A DNA stretch of 64,000 nt, taken from the NCBI GenBank assembly GCA_044376115.1, contig JBILLK010000010.1, positions 32,001-96,000 on the forward strand, read 5' to 3'. The DNA comes from Polyangiaceae bacterium. Its GTDB lineage: Bacteria > Myxococcota_A > Polyangia > Polyangiales > Polyangiaceae. Made by a program: the position numbers and the translations under genes. This document shows positions 47,089-57,282 of this stretch, piece after piece (position 1 is the first letter of the stretch; every line of letters begins with the position of its first letter). A model generated the notes under the pieces. The model had not been told where the DNA came from. It searched no databases and worked only from the letters and a program-made list of their open reading frames with translations.

Positions 47089-47826
47089 TCAGCTCGGACG
47101 TGGGCTCTTTCGCAAGGCAACGAATAGCTTGGCCAAGCGAACGAATACCGCTGGAACGCGGCGGGCCAAATGAATGCTCGGTAAGCGCTTCTCTGCGATG
47201 GTGATGGGGATCTCGGCCACTCGCAGGCCCTCCTGCTCAGCGCGCAAAACGAGCTCGCTCGCGAAAACGTCCTTGTCTACCACACAGCGCCTCACCACGG
47301 GTAGCAGCGCCTCGGCTCGCAGGACTTTGAGACCATGGGTGTCGGTACCTGAAAAGCCGAACAAGCTACGCAGCAACTGACTATAGGCTCGGCTCGCGAC
47401 CCGCCGATTCAGGGGCCGACGATCGCGCGAGTTCGTCATTAGCTTCGAGCCGATCACAAGGTCGGCGGCATCTTGCTCGAGCAGCTGGAGCGCGCGCTGT
47501 TGGAAATCGAAGTCACAAAGATCGATCTCTTCGCAGACCAGGTACCGACCACGCGCTAGCAGCAGCCCAGTGAGCAGCGCTAAGCCGTAATTAGGCTGGG
47601 GCACCGAGACAAATCGAACCTCAGGCAACTCCGCTGCTAGCTGCTCGAGGACGCCGATGGTGCCATCCCACGAGCCGTTTTCAGCAAGCAGCACCTCGAA
47701 GGAGTCCCCCGTTGCACGCAGCTCGTCGCACAACCCGCGGACGGCCTTGGCGACCAGCTGCTCCTCATTGAAGACCGGAATCACCACGCTGAGTAGCGGA
47801 CGATCCTCAGCGGAAGCGTGGCTCAT
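47089..47826 (-). CDS. Glycosyltransferase family 2 (DPM-synthase-like)
   Basis: LSVVIPVFNEE, ENGSWD, DTHGLK. ATGA overlap with the upstream gene. Confidence 0.88.
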   Translation of the reverse strand: MSHASAEDRPLLSVVIPVFNEEQLVAKAVRGLCDELRATGDSFEVLLAENGSWDGTIGVLEQLAAELPEVRFVSVPQPNYGLALLTGLLLARGRYLVCEEIDLCDFDFQQRALQLLEQDAADLVIGSKLMTNSRDRRPLNRRVASRAYSQLLRSLFGFSGTDTHGLKVLRAEALLPVVRRCVVDKDVFASELVLRAEQEGLRVAEIPITIAEKRLPSIHLARRVPAVFVRLAKLFVALRKSPRPS

Positions 47827-49127
47827 GTTGCGCCCTCGGCCAATAGCGCTTGCGCTGCGCATTGGCCAGCGAAGAGGGCGTCTTCCATTGAGCTGTATTC
47901 CCAAGCGCCGTAGCGGCCAACCGAGTGGATGCGGTGCTGCGAGAGGAAGGAATGAAGCACGTTCAGCGCCTGTTCACGGCGCGCGTCGTAAAGAACGTAA
48001 GCGTTGGGGATACGGCGCAGGCGAGCAAAGCGAATAGCGTCGCGCCCACGAATGATACCCATCTGAGTCAGCGCGTCCGCGACCTCGGGCAACACTTGAC
48101 CAAGCGTTGGAGGCGTCTTGGAGGCGAGCTCGACGTAGAGCGACGCCTTGGCCGTAGGCGCCATCAAACGAGAAAAGTTGGAATAGGCGCCGACCCGGTA
48201 GAAGGGTATCTCGGGTTCTGGCACGTACACCCAATGGTAAGGCAGCTCTACCGGTGTATTCAGCGCTACATCCAAGTAGTGCAAATCGACCGAGCGCAGC
48301 TCCGAGGCTGCCTGCCGTATGTGCGCTGGGAGCGGAGTCAGCTGGCGAAACAAGTTGCTCAGGCTCATCGTCGACAGCAGTTGATCGAAGGCCACTTCAC
48401 TGTCCCCTGCGCGCAGCGTCCGGCGCTCGAGGTCGATTGCCGATACCGGTGTAACGAGCTCGACCGGATTTGCGCGTTCGACCAGGGCGTCCACCAACAT
48501 GCCCATACCGCGGCGTGGATAAACGAAGTGCGCGTTGTAACCCATCGCTGGGTTGGGCAGCCCCACGGCACCGCGCAACACCTCATCGAGCGTTGGTCGC
48601 GGGACGAAGCGCTCGCACCACGTTGCGGCCAACTCGCGCGGATGAACGCCCCATACCTTTTCGTTGTAGGGCACCATGAAGGCCTCACTCATGGCCCGAC
48701 CAAAGTGCGTAACGCAGTAGTCCTCGAAGGTTACGATATCCGGCTTGGGCTCTTGAAAATGGGCTTTGACGAAGTCGCTGACACAGCGGAACGCCAGCTC
48801 CTTGGGCAGGCCGAAGACGTTGGCTTGGAAGGGATACGGGGTGAACGTGCCGTGCGAGTAAACGGCACTGCGACGCTCGATCTGCAGCAGGTTGTCCTCG
48901 CCCAGAAGCTCGCGAATCAACTCCGCCATCTGCGGCTTGCGCAGATGCAGTAGGTGGCCGGTGCAATCGAAGGAGTAGCCAGCTTCGGTCACTGTCCGAG
49001 CGAGCCCGCCAACCGCGTCGCTCGCCTCGAGCAGCCGGTGGGGCTGGCCTTTGCGACGCAAGTGCATCGAGGCGGAGAGGCCTGTGAGGCCAGCGCCGAT
49101 CACGAGCAAGTTGGGGGCATGACCCAT
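47823..49127 (-). CDS. FAD-dependent oxidoreductase (protoporphyrinogen-oxidase/UDP-galactopyranose-mutase-like)
   Basis: IGAGLTG, VGGLART, FDCTGHLLH, PYNEKVWG, FYRV, GRYGAWEY. Confidence 0.8.
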   Translation of the reverse strand: MGHAPNLLVIGAGLTGLSASMHLRRKGQPHRLLEASDAVGGLARTVTEAGYSFDCTGHLLHLRKPQMAELIRELLGEDNLLQIERRSAVYSHGTFTPYPFQANVFGLPKELAFRCVSDFVKAHFQEPKPDIVTFEDYCVTHFGRAMSEAFMVPYNEKVWGVHPRELAATWCERFVPRPTLDEVLRGAVGLPNPAMGYNAHFVYPRRGMGMLVDALVERANPVELVTPVSAIDLERRTLRAGDSEVAFDQLLSTMSLSNLFRQLTPLPAHIRQAASELRSVDLHYLDVALNTPVELPYHWVYVPEPEIPFYRVGAYSNFSRLMAPTAKASLYVELASKTPPTLGQVLPEVADALTQMGIIRGRDAIRFARLRRIPNAYVLYDARREQALNVLHSFLSQHRIHSVGRYGAWEYSSMEDALFAGQCAAQALLAEGAT

Positions 49128-49243
49128 CGCGGGGGGACCTTAGCAGCCCCGCCGGCTGTTTTCGGCAGGGGAATGCGTGGGCCCCGCTGGGTAGCTCGCT
49201 CAGGCTTCGGGTTGGCGCGGCCCTGGCTCCGATCTAAGGGCTA

Positions 49244-51250
49244 ATGATGAGTCGCCCTGACCACGTGCAGATCTCGGGTCGCATCCTCTACCTAACGGAA
49301 GATGCCGACCTCTTGTCGAAACAGCTCGCTGGCACTGATCTCAGTGAAGAGGAGGTCAAGCGCGTCGATGACGGCTCGCTCTCCCTGATCGACAACATCT
49401 CGACCGATGAGCTCACGCCAGGCTGGGTTTGTTACTACTACGACGAAACGCTGGCACGCTATTGCCTGGTCGGCTTGCGCGGCAACGTTGTGCAGAAGGA
49501 CTCGATCAAGCAGGGCAAGTTCGAGGTAATCGTGAGCGGCCGCTCAAAGGGCTGCGGCTCCTCACGCGAGACGGCGCCGTACTCCGAGCTCGAGGCCGGA
49601 GTGAAGGTCGTATTCGCCAAGAGCATCGAGAAGATCTACGGGCAAAATTGCCAAAACATCGGTCTCCTGACCACCACCGATCCAGCCGTCTTCGCACGCC
49701 TTCGGCGCGGAGAATCGGTCGAGGTCGATGAGTTCACGCGGGGGCTCGATGCCATCAGCGCTGGCGTGGTTCGCGCAGGCGGGCTGTTTGCCTACAACAA
49801 GAGCCGACTCGCGGGAGAGGTGTCGCCACCAGCCATCACCACCGAGCAGCGGCCGATGACGCTGGCCGAGAAGATCATCGCGAGTCGCGCCATTCGCGAC
49901 GCGCGCAGCGGTGAAGTCGGAGTGCCCTTCGTCAAGCCGGGCGATTCGTTGTTCGTTCGAACCGACGTCCGCTTTTCGCACGAGTACGTGACGCCGATGG
50001 CTGAGTCGCTGTTCGTCGCAGCGCTCGGTAAAGACGCAACGGTGACGGATCCCGCGAGCGTCTGGGCATTCCGCGACCACCTCACCTTCCTCGACAAGGT
50101 GATGCCGGAGGCCCACCTGAAGCTCGGACTTCGCGAGCAGGCCAATCAGCTGGCGACCGTGCAGGAGGCGTTCACCAAGCGGCACTCGGTGAAGCTGTAT
50201 GGCGAGATCGTGCGGGACGGCAAGACGGTGGGTTCCGATGCGATTTGCCACAACAAGGTGATCGAAGCGATCGCGCTGCCAGGTCAGGTGGTCGCCGGCA
50301 CCGATTCGCACACTTGTATGGCCGGCGTGCTTGGCTGCTTCGCCTTCGGCGTTGGCTCCACCGACATGGCGAACGCTTGGTTCAGCAAAGACATCCGCGT
50401 GGCTGTACCGGAGACGGTTCGTTTCAACTTGCACGGGCGCTTGCCTGCAGGCGTCACAGCGAAGGACGTCATGTTGCATTTGCTCGCGCAGCCCTTTTGG
50501 AAGGGCGGCCAAGGCATCGGGAAGGTGCTTGAGTTCGCCGGAGAAGGCGTTACCAACATGCCTCTCGACGAGCGCGCAACGTTGACCAACATGGCCGTCG
50601 AGGCAGGCGGCTTCACCGGCATCATCGAGGCGGATGAGGTGGTGGTCGAGTACCTTGTCGCCCAGCGCGGGCTCAATGCCGAGGACGTGCGCAAGCGGAT
50701 CGTCAAGGCCGATGCGAACGCCGAGTACTTCGAGTCCTTCGACTTCGACCTCTCGACCTTCGAGCCAATGGTTGCGCTGCCCGGTGATCCGCGAAACGGC
50801 GTTCCGCTCGCCAAGCTGCGTGAACAGTCGGGTGGGGACGTCGCGATCAACATCGCGTACGGCGGTTCGTGTACCGGCGGCAAAAAGGCCGACATGGATA
50901 TGTACGCCGACGTACTGCGGCAGGCCGTCGAGGCCGGACGCTCCGTCGCACCGGGCGTCCATCTCTACATCCAGTTCGGTTCGCAGGACATTCGCGCCTA
51001 CGCCGAGTCGCGCGGCTACATCGAGATCTTCCTGAAGGCCGGCGCCGAGCTCGTGGATCCTTCATGTGGAGCTTGCATCAAAGCCGGGCCAGGCGTTTCG
51101 TTCACCAAAGAGGAGGTAACGGTCAGCGCGATCAATCGCAACTTCCCTGGCAGAAGCGGCCCCGGCAAGGTGTACCTGGCGAGTCCGCGCGTAATCGCGG
51201 CCAGTGCAATCGCGGGGCGAATCGTCTCCCCGACCAGCTTCCTCGATTGA
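49244..51250 (+). CDS. Aconitase-family hydro-lyase, fused small (swivel) + large subunit
   Basis: N-terminal NISTDEL and GCGSSRE; then MTLAEKI, DH, ICH, TDSHT, NMAVE, GGSCTGG, CGAC, NRNFPGR, YLASP. Confidence 0.9.
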   Translation: MMSRPDHVQISGRILYLTEDADLLSKQLAGTDLSEEEVKRVDDGSLSLIDNISTDELTPGWVCYYYDETLARYCLVGLRGNVVQKDSIKQGKFEVIVSGRSKGCGSSRETAPYSELEAGVKVVFAKSIEKIYGQNCQNIGLLTTTDPAVFARLRRGESVEVDEFTRGLDAISAGVVRAGGLFAYNKSRLAGEVSPPAITTEQRPMTLAEKIIASRAIRDARSGEVGVPFVKPGDSLFVRTDVRFSHEYVTPMAESLFVAALGKDATVTDPASVWAFRDHLTFLDKVMPEAHLKLGLREQANQLATVQEAFTKRHSVKLYGEIVRDGKTVGSDAICHNKVIEAIALPGQVVAGTDSHTCMAGVLGCFAFGVGSTDMANAWFSKDIRVAVPETVRFNLHGRLPAGVTAKDVMLHLLAQPFWKGGQGIGKVLEFAGEGVTNMPLDERATLTNMAVEAGGFTGIIEADEVVVEYLVAQRGLNAEDVRKRIVKADANAEYFESFDFDLSTFEPMVALPGDPRNGVPLAKLREQSGGDVAINIAYGGSCTGGKKADMDMYADVLRQAVEAGRSVAPGVHLYIQFGSQDIRAYAESRGYIEIFLKAGAELVDPSCGACIKAGPGVSFTKEEVTVSAINRNFPGRSGPGKVYLASPRVIAASAIAGRIVSPTSFLD

Positions 51251-51282
51251 GCTCAGCGGGGGACTCTCCTAGAGAGAAGCGC

Positions 51283-52320
51283 ATGTCCTCGTTCGGGCTT
51301 CGCACAGTTTCTCGCGTGCTCTTGACCGTGCTGGCTTCGTCGCTCGCAGCGTGTGCACCTTCCATGTTGCGCGTCGGCGTGGTCGACGGCGCGGTCATTC
51401 TTCACAAGGCACCGGGAAGCGAGGTGCTCTCGCTCAACGCCAATACCGGCGAGCCGCTTTCGACATGGACGCATGACGGCGCTGGAAGTGCGCCCACCAC
51501 CGTGCCAACCGACGTCTTCGGTCGCGCGGTGGTGTTGGTGCACGGGGCGAATGGCGTAGCCGTTCGCGACGCGCGCACGGGCGAGATAACGCAGCGAATC
51601 TTTGCGGCCATTGACCCGCACGACCGTCCCGTCTTGTCGCGGACCGCGATGTTCCTGCCAACCTGGGCGGGGGAGAGTTCAGTGTGGGTTGGTTTTGATC
51701 TGCAGACGGGTCGACGCAGCCTCAACTTGCGTTGCGATTCGCATGCTCCGTTGATCGCGAACGACGACGTCCTCGCAACGATGAAGGAAGGCGTCCTCGT
51801 TGGCTACAGCGCGGACGACGGCCGTGAACGCTGGCGTTCAAGCCTCGTCGTTGAACGTCCGGTGCTGATTCGCGGCAGCCATCTGCTGGCGCGGCTGGAA
51901 GATGACGTGCTCGGCGTCTTCGTCGCTAGCTCGGGGGCGCTCGCGCGCAAGCTCGAGCCCAACTCGGAGGTGTTCGGCACCGGCCTCGGCGGCGCACCGA
52001 AGCTCGTAGCGTGGGAGAACTCACTCGGAATGCTGACGAGTGAAGGGCTCACGGTCGTGGACCTTGAAACGGGTCGGAATCAGTTCCGTCACGAAGGCGC
52101 AGAATCCTGCGTTTACTCGGGGTCGAGGGTCGTGGTCTCGGTGGGAACTGAGCTGCGTGGGCTCGACGCGGCAACCGGCGCAACGCGCTGGAAGCAAGAA
52201 CTCGGCGCAAAACCTGTTGCAGTGACGGCGGACGCCCGTACCACCCTTGTTCAACTCGAGGACGCTCTCGTGGCTCTGGACGCGACCTCTGGAAAGAAGC
52301 TCTTTACGCGGCCGAATTGA
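51283..52320 (+). CDS. PQQ-like beta-propeller lipoprotein
   Basis: Lipobox LAAC; repeated LDAxTG..W units. Confidence 0.75.
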   Translation: MSSFGLRTVSRVLLTVLASSLAACAPSMLRVGVVDGAVILHKAPGSEVLSLNANTGEPLSTWTHDGAGSAPTTVPTDVFGRAVVLVHGANGVAVRDARTGEITQRIFAAIDPHDRPVLSRTAMFLPTWAGESSVWVGFDLQTGRRSLNLRCDSHAPLIANDDVLATMKEGVLVGYSADDGRERWRSSLVVERPVLIRGSHLLARLEDDVLGVFVASSGALARKLEPNSEVFGTGLGGAPKLVAWENSLGMLTSEGLTVVDLETGRNQFRHEGAESCVYSGSRVVVSVGTELRGLDAATGATRWKQELGAKPVAVTADARTTLVQLEDALVALDATSGKKLFTRPN

Positions 52321-52401
52321 GCAGCGCCCTAGGCGAGGCCTCGGCTTTGGGGTTGATCGCTTGGGAGAATGAGCCGCAAGGAGTAGCATCGGGAACAGCG
52401 G

Positions 52402-53724
52402 ATGCTCGGCACAGTCCTCGCCAATCGCTACAGGCTCGCTCGGATCATCGGTTCGGGTGGGATGGGCGACGTTTATGAAGCTCAGCGCATTTCCGACGGG
52501 TTCCGCGTTGCCATCAAGATTCTGCGTGAGGAGTTGGTCCGCGAGCATGAAGCTGTAACGCGTTTCCACCGCGAAGTGCGCGCGGCTGCCGCGTTGCGAA
52601 GTCCGTACGCCGCGAGGATCTTGGACTTTGGCGAGGGACCCAACCGCCAACCGTACATGGTGATGGAGTACCTCGAGGGTCGGGATCTGATGGCGGAGAT
52701 CGAGGCCCGCGGAATCATTCCCGTCGCAGAGGCCACCAACTACCTGATGATGGCCTGTGAAGCGATGGCCGAGGCCCACGACCTCGGCATCGTGCATCGT
52801 GATCTAAAGCCACCGAACCTCTTTCTCGCCAACGACAACGGCCGGCGCATCGTCAAGGTGCTCGACTTCGGTATCTCGAAGGTGAATCAACTGCTCGACG
52901 GCCACATCACCTCCACCAAGATGTCGTTCGGGTCACCGCTCTACATGTCGCCGGAGCAGATCCGTTCGACCAAGCTCGTCGACGGGCGCAGCGATGTTTG
53001 GTCGTTGGGAGTCATCTTTTACGAGGCCATCACGGGCGAGCCGCCCTTCGTCGCAGACTCGCCGAGCGGCCTCGCGGTGGTCATTTCGGTAGACGCTCAT
53101 GTTCCACCGTCCCTCCGTCGTCACGGCATCTCCAAGAAGGCCGATGAGATCGTCGAGCTTGCGTTGCAAAAGGATTGGGCCAAACGCTACCAAAGCGTGC
53201 GCGCGCTCCACAGCGCCCTTGGCGAACTTGCTCGCGAGCTCGCTGTGGCGGATCCCGAGACGGCAGCGGACTCGCGCCGCTTCACCGACTCGCGGCGTGC
53301 GGCAGAGGTTGGGGCGGCTTCCCCCGGACGCATGACGCTGGGCCCAGCCACCACCGATCCGCCGGAGACTTCACCGCAGAACGAGCGGCTCGGAAGATTG
53401 GCCGCCGCCGTATTGATACCGTTCGGGGCGATCGCCTTCGCCTTCACGATCTGGCTCTACATGAATCGCCGACCATCCGAAGAGTCGACAAGGTCGGTGG
53501 CGGCGAGCGGTGCACTTTCAGCTGAGGCTCCGGCGTCGAGTCCTGTGCTTACCGCCGCCGCACCTGTTGTAATGAGCGCTCCCAAAACGACCGCGAGCGC
53601 GCAAGCCAGCTCGAGCGCAGCCGCTACAGCAGCGTCCTCGGTTGCGTCGGCGAAGGTGAAAGCTACTCCCCCCGGCTCGAAGAAGAAGACGAAGGAAAAG
53701 CCCAGCCCAGGCAAGCTTCGTTGA
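52402..53724 (+). CDS. Membrane-anchored Hanks-type Ser/Thr protein kinase
   Basis: GSGGMG, VAIK, HRDLKPPN, DFG, YMSPEQ, TM helix. Confidence 0.95.
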   Translation: MLGTVLANRYRLARIIGSGGMGDVYEAQRISDGFRVAIKILREELVREHEAVTRFHREVRAAAALRSPYAARILDFGEGPNRQPYMVMEYLEGRDLMAEIEARGIIPVAEATNYLMMACEAMAEAHDLGIVHRDLKPPNLFLANDNGRRIVKVLDFGISKVNQLLDGHITSTKMSFGSPLYMSPEQIRSTKLVDGRSDVWSLGVIFYEAITGEPPFVADSPSGLAVVISVDAHVPPSLRRHGISKKADEIVELALQKDWAKRYQSVRALHSALGELARELAVADPETAADSRRFTDSRRAAEVGAASPGRMTLGPATTDPPETSPQNERLGRLAAAVLIPFGAIAFAFTIWLYMNRRPSEESTRSVAASGALSAEAPASSPVLTAAAPVVMSAPKTTASAQASSSAAATAASSVASAKVKATPPGSKKKTKEKPSPGKLR

Positions 53725-53755
53725 GCTTGTGCCAGCTAAATCGCGGAAGGTAGCC

Positions 53756-55039
53756 TCAGTTGCGTAGGACCACTTCGTAGGCCTTGGCCAGCGCAAAGTC
53801 CTTCCCCGTGGATGGGTTTTGAGGAACGTCGGAGAGGCGCACTGTGGGTTGCGCGGTTGAAGCCGGTGCAACTACCACTTCTTGATTCGGCCTCGATGCG
53901 ACCTTCGCCTCGGCCTCGAGGTGACCATCCAAATCGCGCTCGCGGATTGGATCGGTCGCTTTTGCAGGTTGGATCAAGACGTCGGGATCGATGCCTTGCG
54001 CCTGTATGGCCCGCCCGTTGGGCGTGTAATAACGCATGGTGGTGAGCCGTAGACCTGCGCCCCCGGGCAACTCGAAGATCGTCTGCACTGAGCCCTTACC
54101 GAACGTGACCGTGCCTACGACCTTGGCGCGCCCTTGATCCTGCAACGCACCAGCGACGAGCTCGGCGGCGCTGGCGGAGTACTCGTTGACGAGGATCACC
54201 ACTTTTGCACGAGACAGCGCGCCGCCGGCCGTCGCCTCAACCACGTCAAGCACGCTACCGCGATGACGAGTCGAATAGATCACGCCCCGCGGCATGAACT
54301 CATCGGCGACGAGCTCCGCTTGATCGACGAGCCCGCCGGGGTTGTAGCGCATGTCGAGCAAGACCCGCTCGATCGGCGCAGGGGACTGTTTGCGTAGATC
54401 GGCGATCACGCGCAGCAGCTCCTCATGCGTGGACTCCTGAAATTGCTTGAGCCGAATGAAGGCGACTCCCCCCTCGAGCCGCTTTCCCTCCACGCTCGCT
54501 ACGCGAACGATGGCCCGCGTGATCTCGAGGGCGATCGGCTCGTCAACGCCACTGCGCCCGATCAAGACGCGCACTGTCGTTCCGGGCTCGCCGCGCATCA
54601 GGTCCACGATGCGCTCGATCTTCGTCCCTCGCACCGGCCGACCATTGACCGCGAGGATCTGATCGCCCGGGAGAACGCCGGCCTTGGCAGCTGGAGAGCC
54701 GTCGATTGGAGCAACCACCGTGACCCGGTCGTCTCGCACGTCGACCTCGACCCCGATGCCTGCGAACTGCCCCTCGGTATCGCTCTGAAACTCCGCAAAT
54801 TCCTCTGGGTTCATGTAGCTGGAGTGCGGGTCGAGCTCAGAGACCATGCCGCGCATAGCCCCGTCGAGTAGGCGTTCGCGATCGGCCGGCTCGACATAGC
54901 TCTGCTCGACCATCAGCAGCACCCGGGCCATTTGATCAAAGGGAAGGTACGGACTGGTGGGCTCGGGCTTGGCCAACCCAGTAGAAGGGCTCGAAAGTAC
55001 TGCAACCACGCCGCCCAACACCGCCCAAACTCGTGCCAT
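53756..55039 (-). CDS. ctpA: Carboxyl-terminal processing protease (S41, PDZ)
   Basis: LDPHS, GIG, DMRYNPGG, SASAAE, TFGKGSVQ, YYTPNG. Confidence 0.92.
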   Translation of the reverse strand: MARVWAVLGGVVAVLSSPSTGLAKPEPTSPYLPFDQMARVLLMVEQSYVEPADRERLLDGAMRGMVSELDPHSSYMNPEEFAEFQSDTEGQFAGIGVEVDVRDDRVTVVAPIDGSPAAKAGVLPGDQILAVNGRPVRGTKIERIVDLMRGEPGTTVRVLIGRSGVDEPIALEITRAIVRVASVEGKRLEGGVAFIRLKQFQESTHEELLRVIADLRKQSPAPIERVLLDMRYNPGGLVDQAELVADEFMPRGVIYSTRHRGSVLDVVEATAGGALSRAKVVILVNEYSASAAELVAGALQDQGRAKVVGTVTFGKGSVQTIFELPGGAGLRLTTMRYYTPNGRAIQAQGIDPDVLIQPAKATDPIRERDLDGHLEAEAKVASRPNQEVVVAPASTAQPTVRLSDVPQNPSTGKDFALAKAYEVVLRN

Positions 55040-55294
55040 GGCCCCATGCTACTCCCCACAAAGCCCAAACGCCCCGGAATTGCGGGGATTTGCAGGGAGC
55101 GCAAGAATTCGGGGCCGAACCGAAGAAGCACCCAAGGGAGCGAAGAGCTTGTTTGTCCAAGTGATCGTGTTCGGTTATCGTCGCGCTCTCGCCGATACGG
55201 CTTGCCAACCCGGTTGTGGGAAGGTGGACGTGCACGATGCCGGAAAGATGCGCCGGCCATGTTGTTCGTCCCGGATCGTCGTGAACGTGAAAGC

Positions 55295-55882
55295 ATGGGA
55301 GGCGCTTCCGACCGTGAACTCATCGACCGCGCAAGAGGCGGTGATACAGACGCGTTCGGACTATTGGTTCGTCGCCACCAAAGACGGATCTACAGGCTGG
55401 CGGCACACATGCTGCGCAACGCGTCAGAGGCCGAGGACGTCACCCAGGACGTATTCGTCCGCGCCTTCCAGGCCCTCGACCGCTTCGATGGCCGCAGCGA
55501 ACCCTTCACGTGGCTTTACAGGATCGCCGTGAACCTCTCGTTGAACCAGATCCGCTCGAAAAAGACGCGGGGCCGAACCACCGGCGGGGATGATCCTCGC
55601 ATGTTGTCGGTGCTGGCCGAGACCAAGGCCGGGATGAGTAGTGACCCTGCCGAAGACAGCGAGAACCGGCAGATTGCTGAGGCGCTCTACAGCGGCGTCG
55701 ACAAACTCTCAGAGAGCTTGCGAACGACGCTGATTCTCGTCTGCGTCGATGGGCTCTCTCACGAGGACGCAGCGCAGATCCTCGGCTGTCCCGAGGGGAC
55801 CATCGCTTGGCGCGTCCACGAGGCGAGGCGCAAACTCAAGGCGCACATGTCCGATCGTGGCTTTGGAGGCGAGACCGAATGA
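55295..55882 (+). CDS. ECF sigma-70 factor
   Basis: AEDVTQDVF, FTWLYRIAVN, GLSHEDAAQILGCPEGTI. Start 55295 or 55259. Confidence 0.92.
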   Translation: MGGASDRELIDRARGGDTDAFGLLVRRHQRRIYRLAAHMLRNASEAEDVTQDVFVRAFQALDRFDGRSEPFTWLYRIAVNLSLNQIRSKKTRGRTTGGDDPRMLSVLAETKAGMSSDPAEDSENRQIAEALYSGVDKLSESLRTTLILVCVDGLSHEDAAQILGCPEGTIAWRVHEARRKLKAHMSDRGFGGETE

Positions 55883-57246
55883 ACTCCCCCAAAGACAAGC
55901 TAAGCCAGCTTTTTGACCGCACCGAGGTCAAGCCGCCGCCGAGTGTGCAGCAAGCCGACGCAGCAGGCTGGGATGACTTCGCAGAGCGAGTTGTACGTCA
56001 GATCAGTGTGCGTTCGCGTCCTCAGCAGGAGGACGTGGACCAATGGTTGGCGCCCCCCCTGCTCGAAGCAGAGGACGGGGAACCGCGCCTTGCAACAAGC
56101 AACGAGTCCGTTAGAACGAGCCGTAACACAGGAGCAGCGACCATGTCTGAAAGTGACCGTCCGAAACCCTCAATCAAACGCCCGAGCCTGAAAGAGCTGG
56201 CCGAGCGGGTTTCGAAGGCACCGCCGCCGTCGGTACAGACGCCTCTGCCGGTTTCGCGTGCCGCGTCGCCAAGCGAAAGCGCTCCGGCCAGCCTGGCGCC
56301 GAAGAGCCTTGCGCCTGCGAGCGTCGCACCGCCGAGCCTTTCAGCGCGCGCACCTGCGAGCGTCGCGGCTCCTAGCGTCGCGCCTGCGAGCGTTGCACCA
56401 GCGAGCGTTGCCGCTCCTAGCGTCCCGCCGGCGAGCGTTGCGCCAGCGAGCGTCGCGCCGCCGAGCGCGGCAGCGCCCAGCGAAGCGGCGGCCAAGGTCG
56501 TTGCGTTGCCAGTGAAGAAGGTCGAGGAGGAGAAGTCCGGCGGCTCGATGACAGGGCTGTACATCGCCGCCGCTGGGCTCGCTGCGGCAGCAGGCTTGTT
56601 CTTCTTCCTTCGCTCGTCAGACAACACCCAGCCAAAGACGGCAGCTCCGAAGGCTGAGGTAGTGGAAACGACCACCGCACAGGCTGCGACCACAGCCACC
56701 GCAGTCGAGACGGCGGCTCCTGCACCTGCAGCGGAGAAAAAGGATGACGGCGCGCTTGATCTTGCCGATCTCGCGTCCGACTCAGCGGCCCCGGCAACCG
56801 AGCCAGTTCCCGGTTCAACAGGCGCTGTCGCTCAGTTGGGCCCGGACGCAGCCAAGCCGGAGCGGCCGGTGAAGATCGAGATGGAGGGCACGCTCGAGGA
56901 CAAGATGAAGGAGACGGTGGGCCCAATCGAAGAGAAGACGGCGGCCGTGCCAGCAGCAGGTGAGGTAGTTCCCAAGAACGTCCCAGACCAGCCGCCGCAA
57001 GGTTCGGTAACCGCAGCCGTTGGCAAGGTCATGGGCTCGGCCAAGGCCTGCGTAGCGGGCGCCGATGAGCCTTCACGCGCGACCATCACCTTCGGCTCTT
57101 CTGGCGCGGCACAGAACGTCAGCGTCGGTGGTTGGGCAGCCAAGAACCCTTCCGCTTCATCGTGCATTCAGGGCGCGTTGAAGGGAGCGAATGTTGGGCC
57201 CTTCTCCAAGCCGACCTACTCCTTCAGTGTGACGATTCGTCCCTGA
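55879..57246 (+). CDS. Single-pass putative anti-sigma protein with Pro/Ala/Ser repeats and AgmX/PglI-C (TonB_C-like) tail
   Basis: ATGA overlap with the sigma gene, APASV/APSV repeats, one TM helix, C-terminal AKAC...SCI...PF domain. Confidence 0.65.
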   Translation: MNSPKDKLSQLFDRTEVKPPPSVQQADAAGWDDFAERVVRQISVRSRPQQEDVDQWLAPPLLEAEDGEPRLATSNESVRTSRNTGAATMSESDRPKPSIKRPSLKELAERVSKAPPPSVQTPLPVSRAASPSESAPASLAPKSLAPASVAPPSLSARAPASVAAPSVAPASVAPASVAAPSVPPASVAPASVAPPSAAAPSEAAAKVVALPVKKVEEEKSGGSMTGLYIAAAGLAAAAGLFFFLRSSDNTQPKTAAPKAEVVETTTAQAATTATAVETAAPAPAAEKKDDGALDLADLASDSAAPATEPVPGSTGAVAQLGPDAAKPERPVKIEMEGTLEDKMKETVGPIEEKTAAVPAAGEVVPKNVPDQPPQGSVTAAVGKVMGSAKACVAGADEPSRATITFGSSGAAQNVSVGGWAAKNPSASSCIQGALKGANVGPFSKPTYSFSVTIRP

Positions 57247-57282
57247 CGTTCGCGAGGCCCGCCGCCAGCGCCGCCGATGCAG

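Noticed and set aside
49562..50962. Long antisense ORFs (466 aa here, and similar ones such as 4736-5584, 10672-11562 and 47925-48953)
   Set aside because: Shadow frames of well-supported genes, expected in high-GC DNA with strong codon bias; no recognisable motifs.
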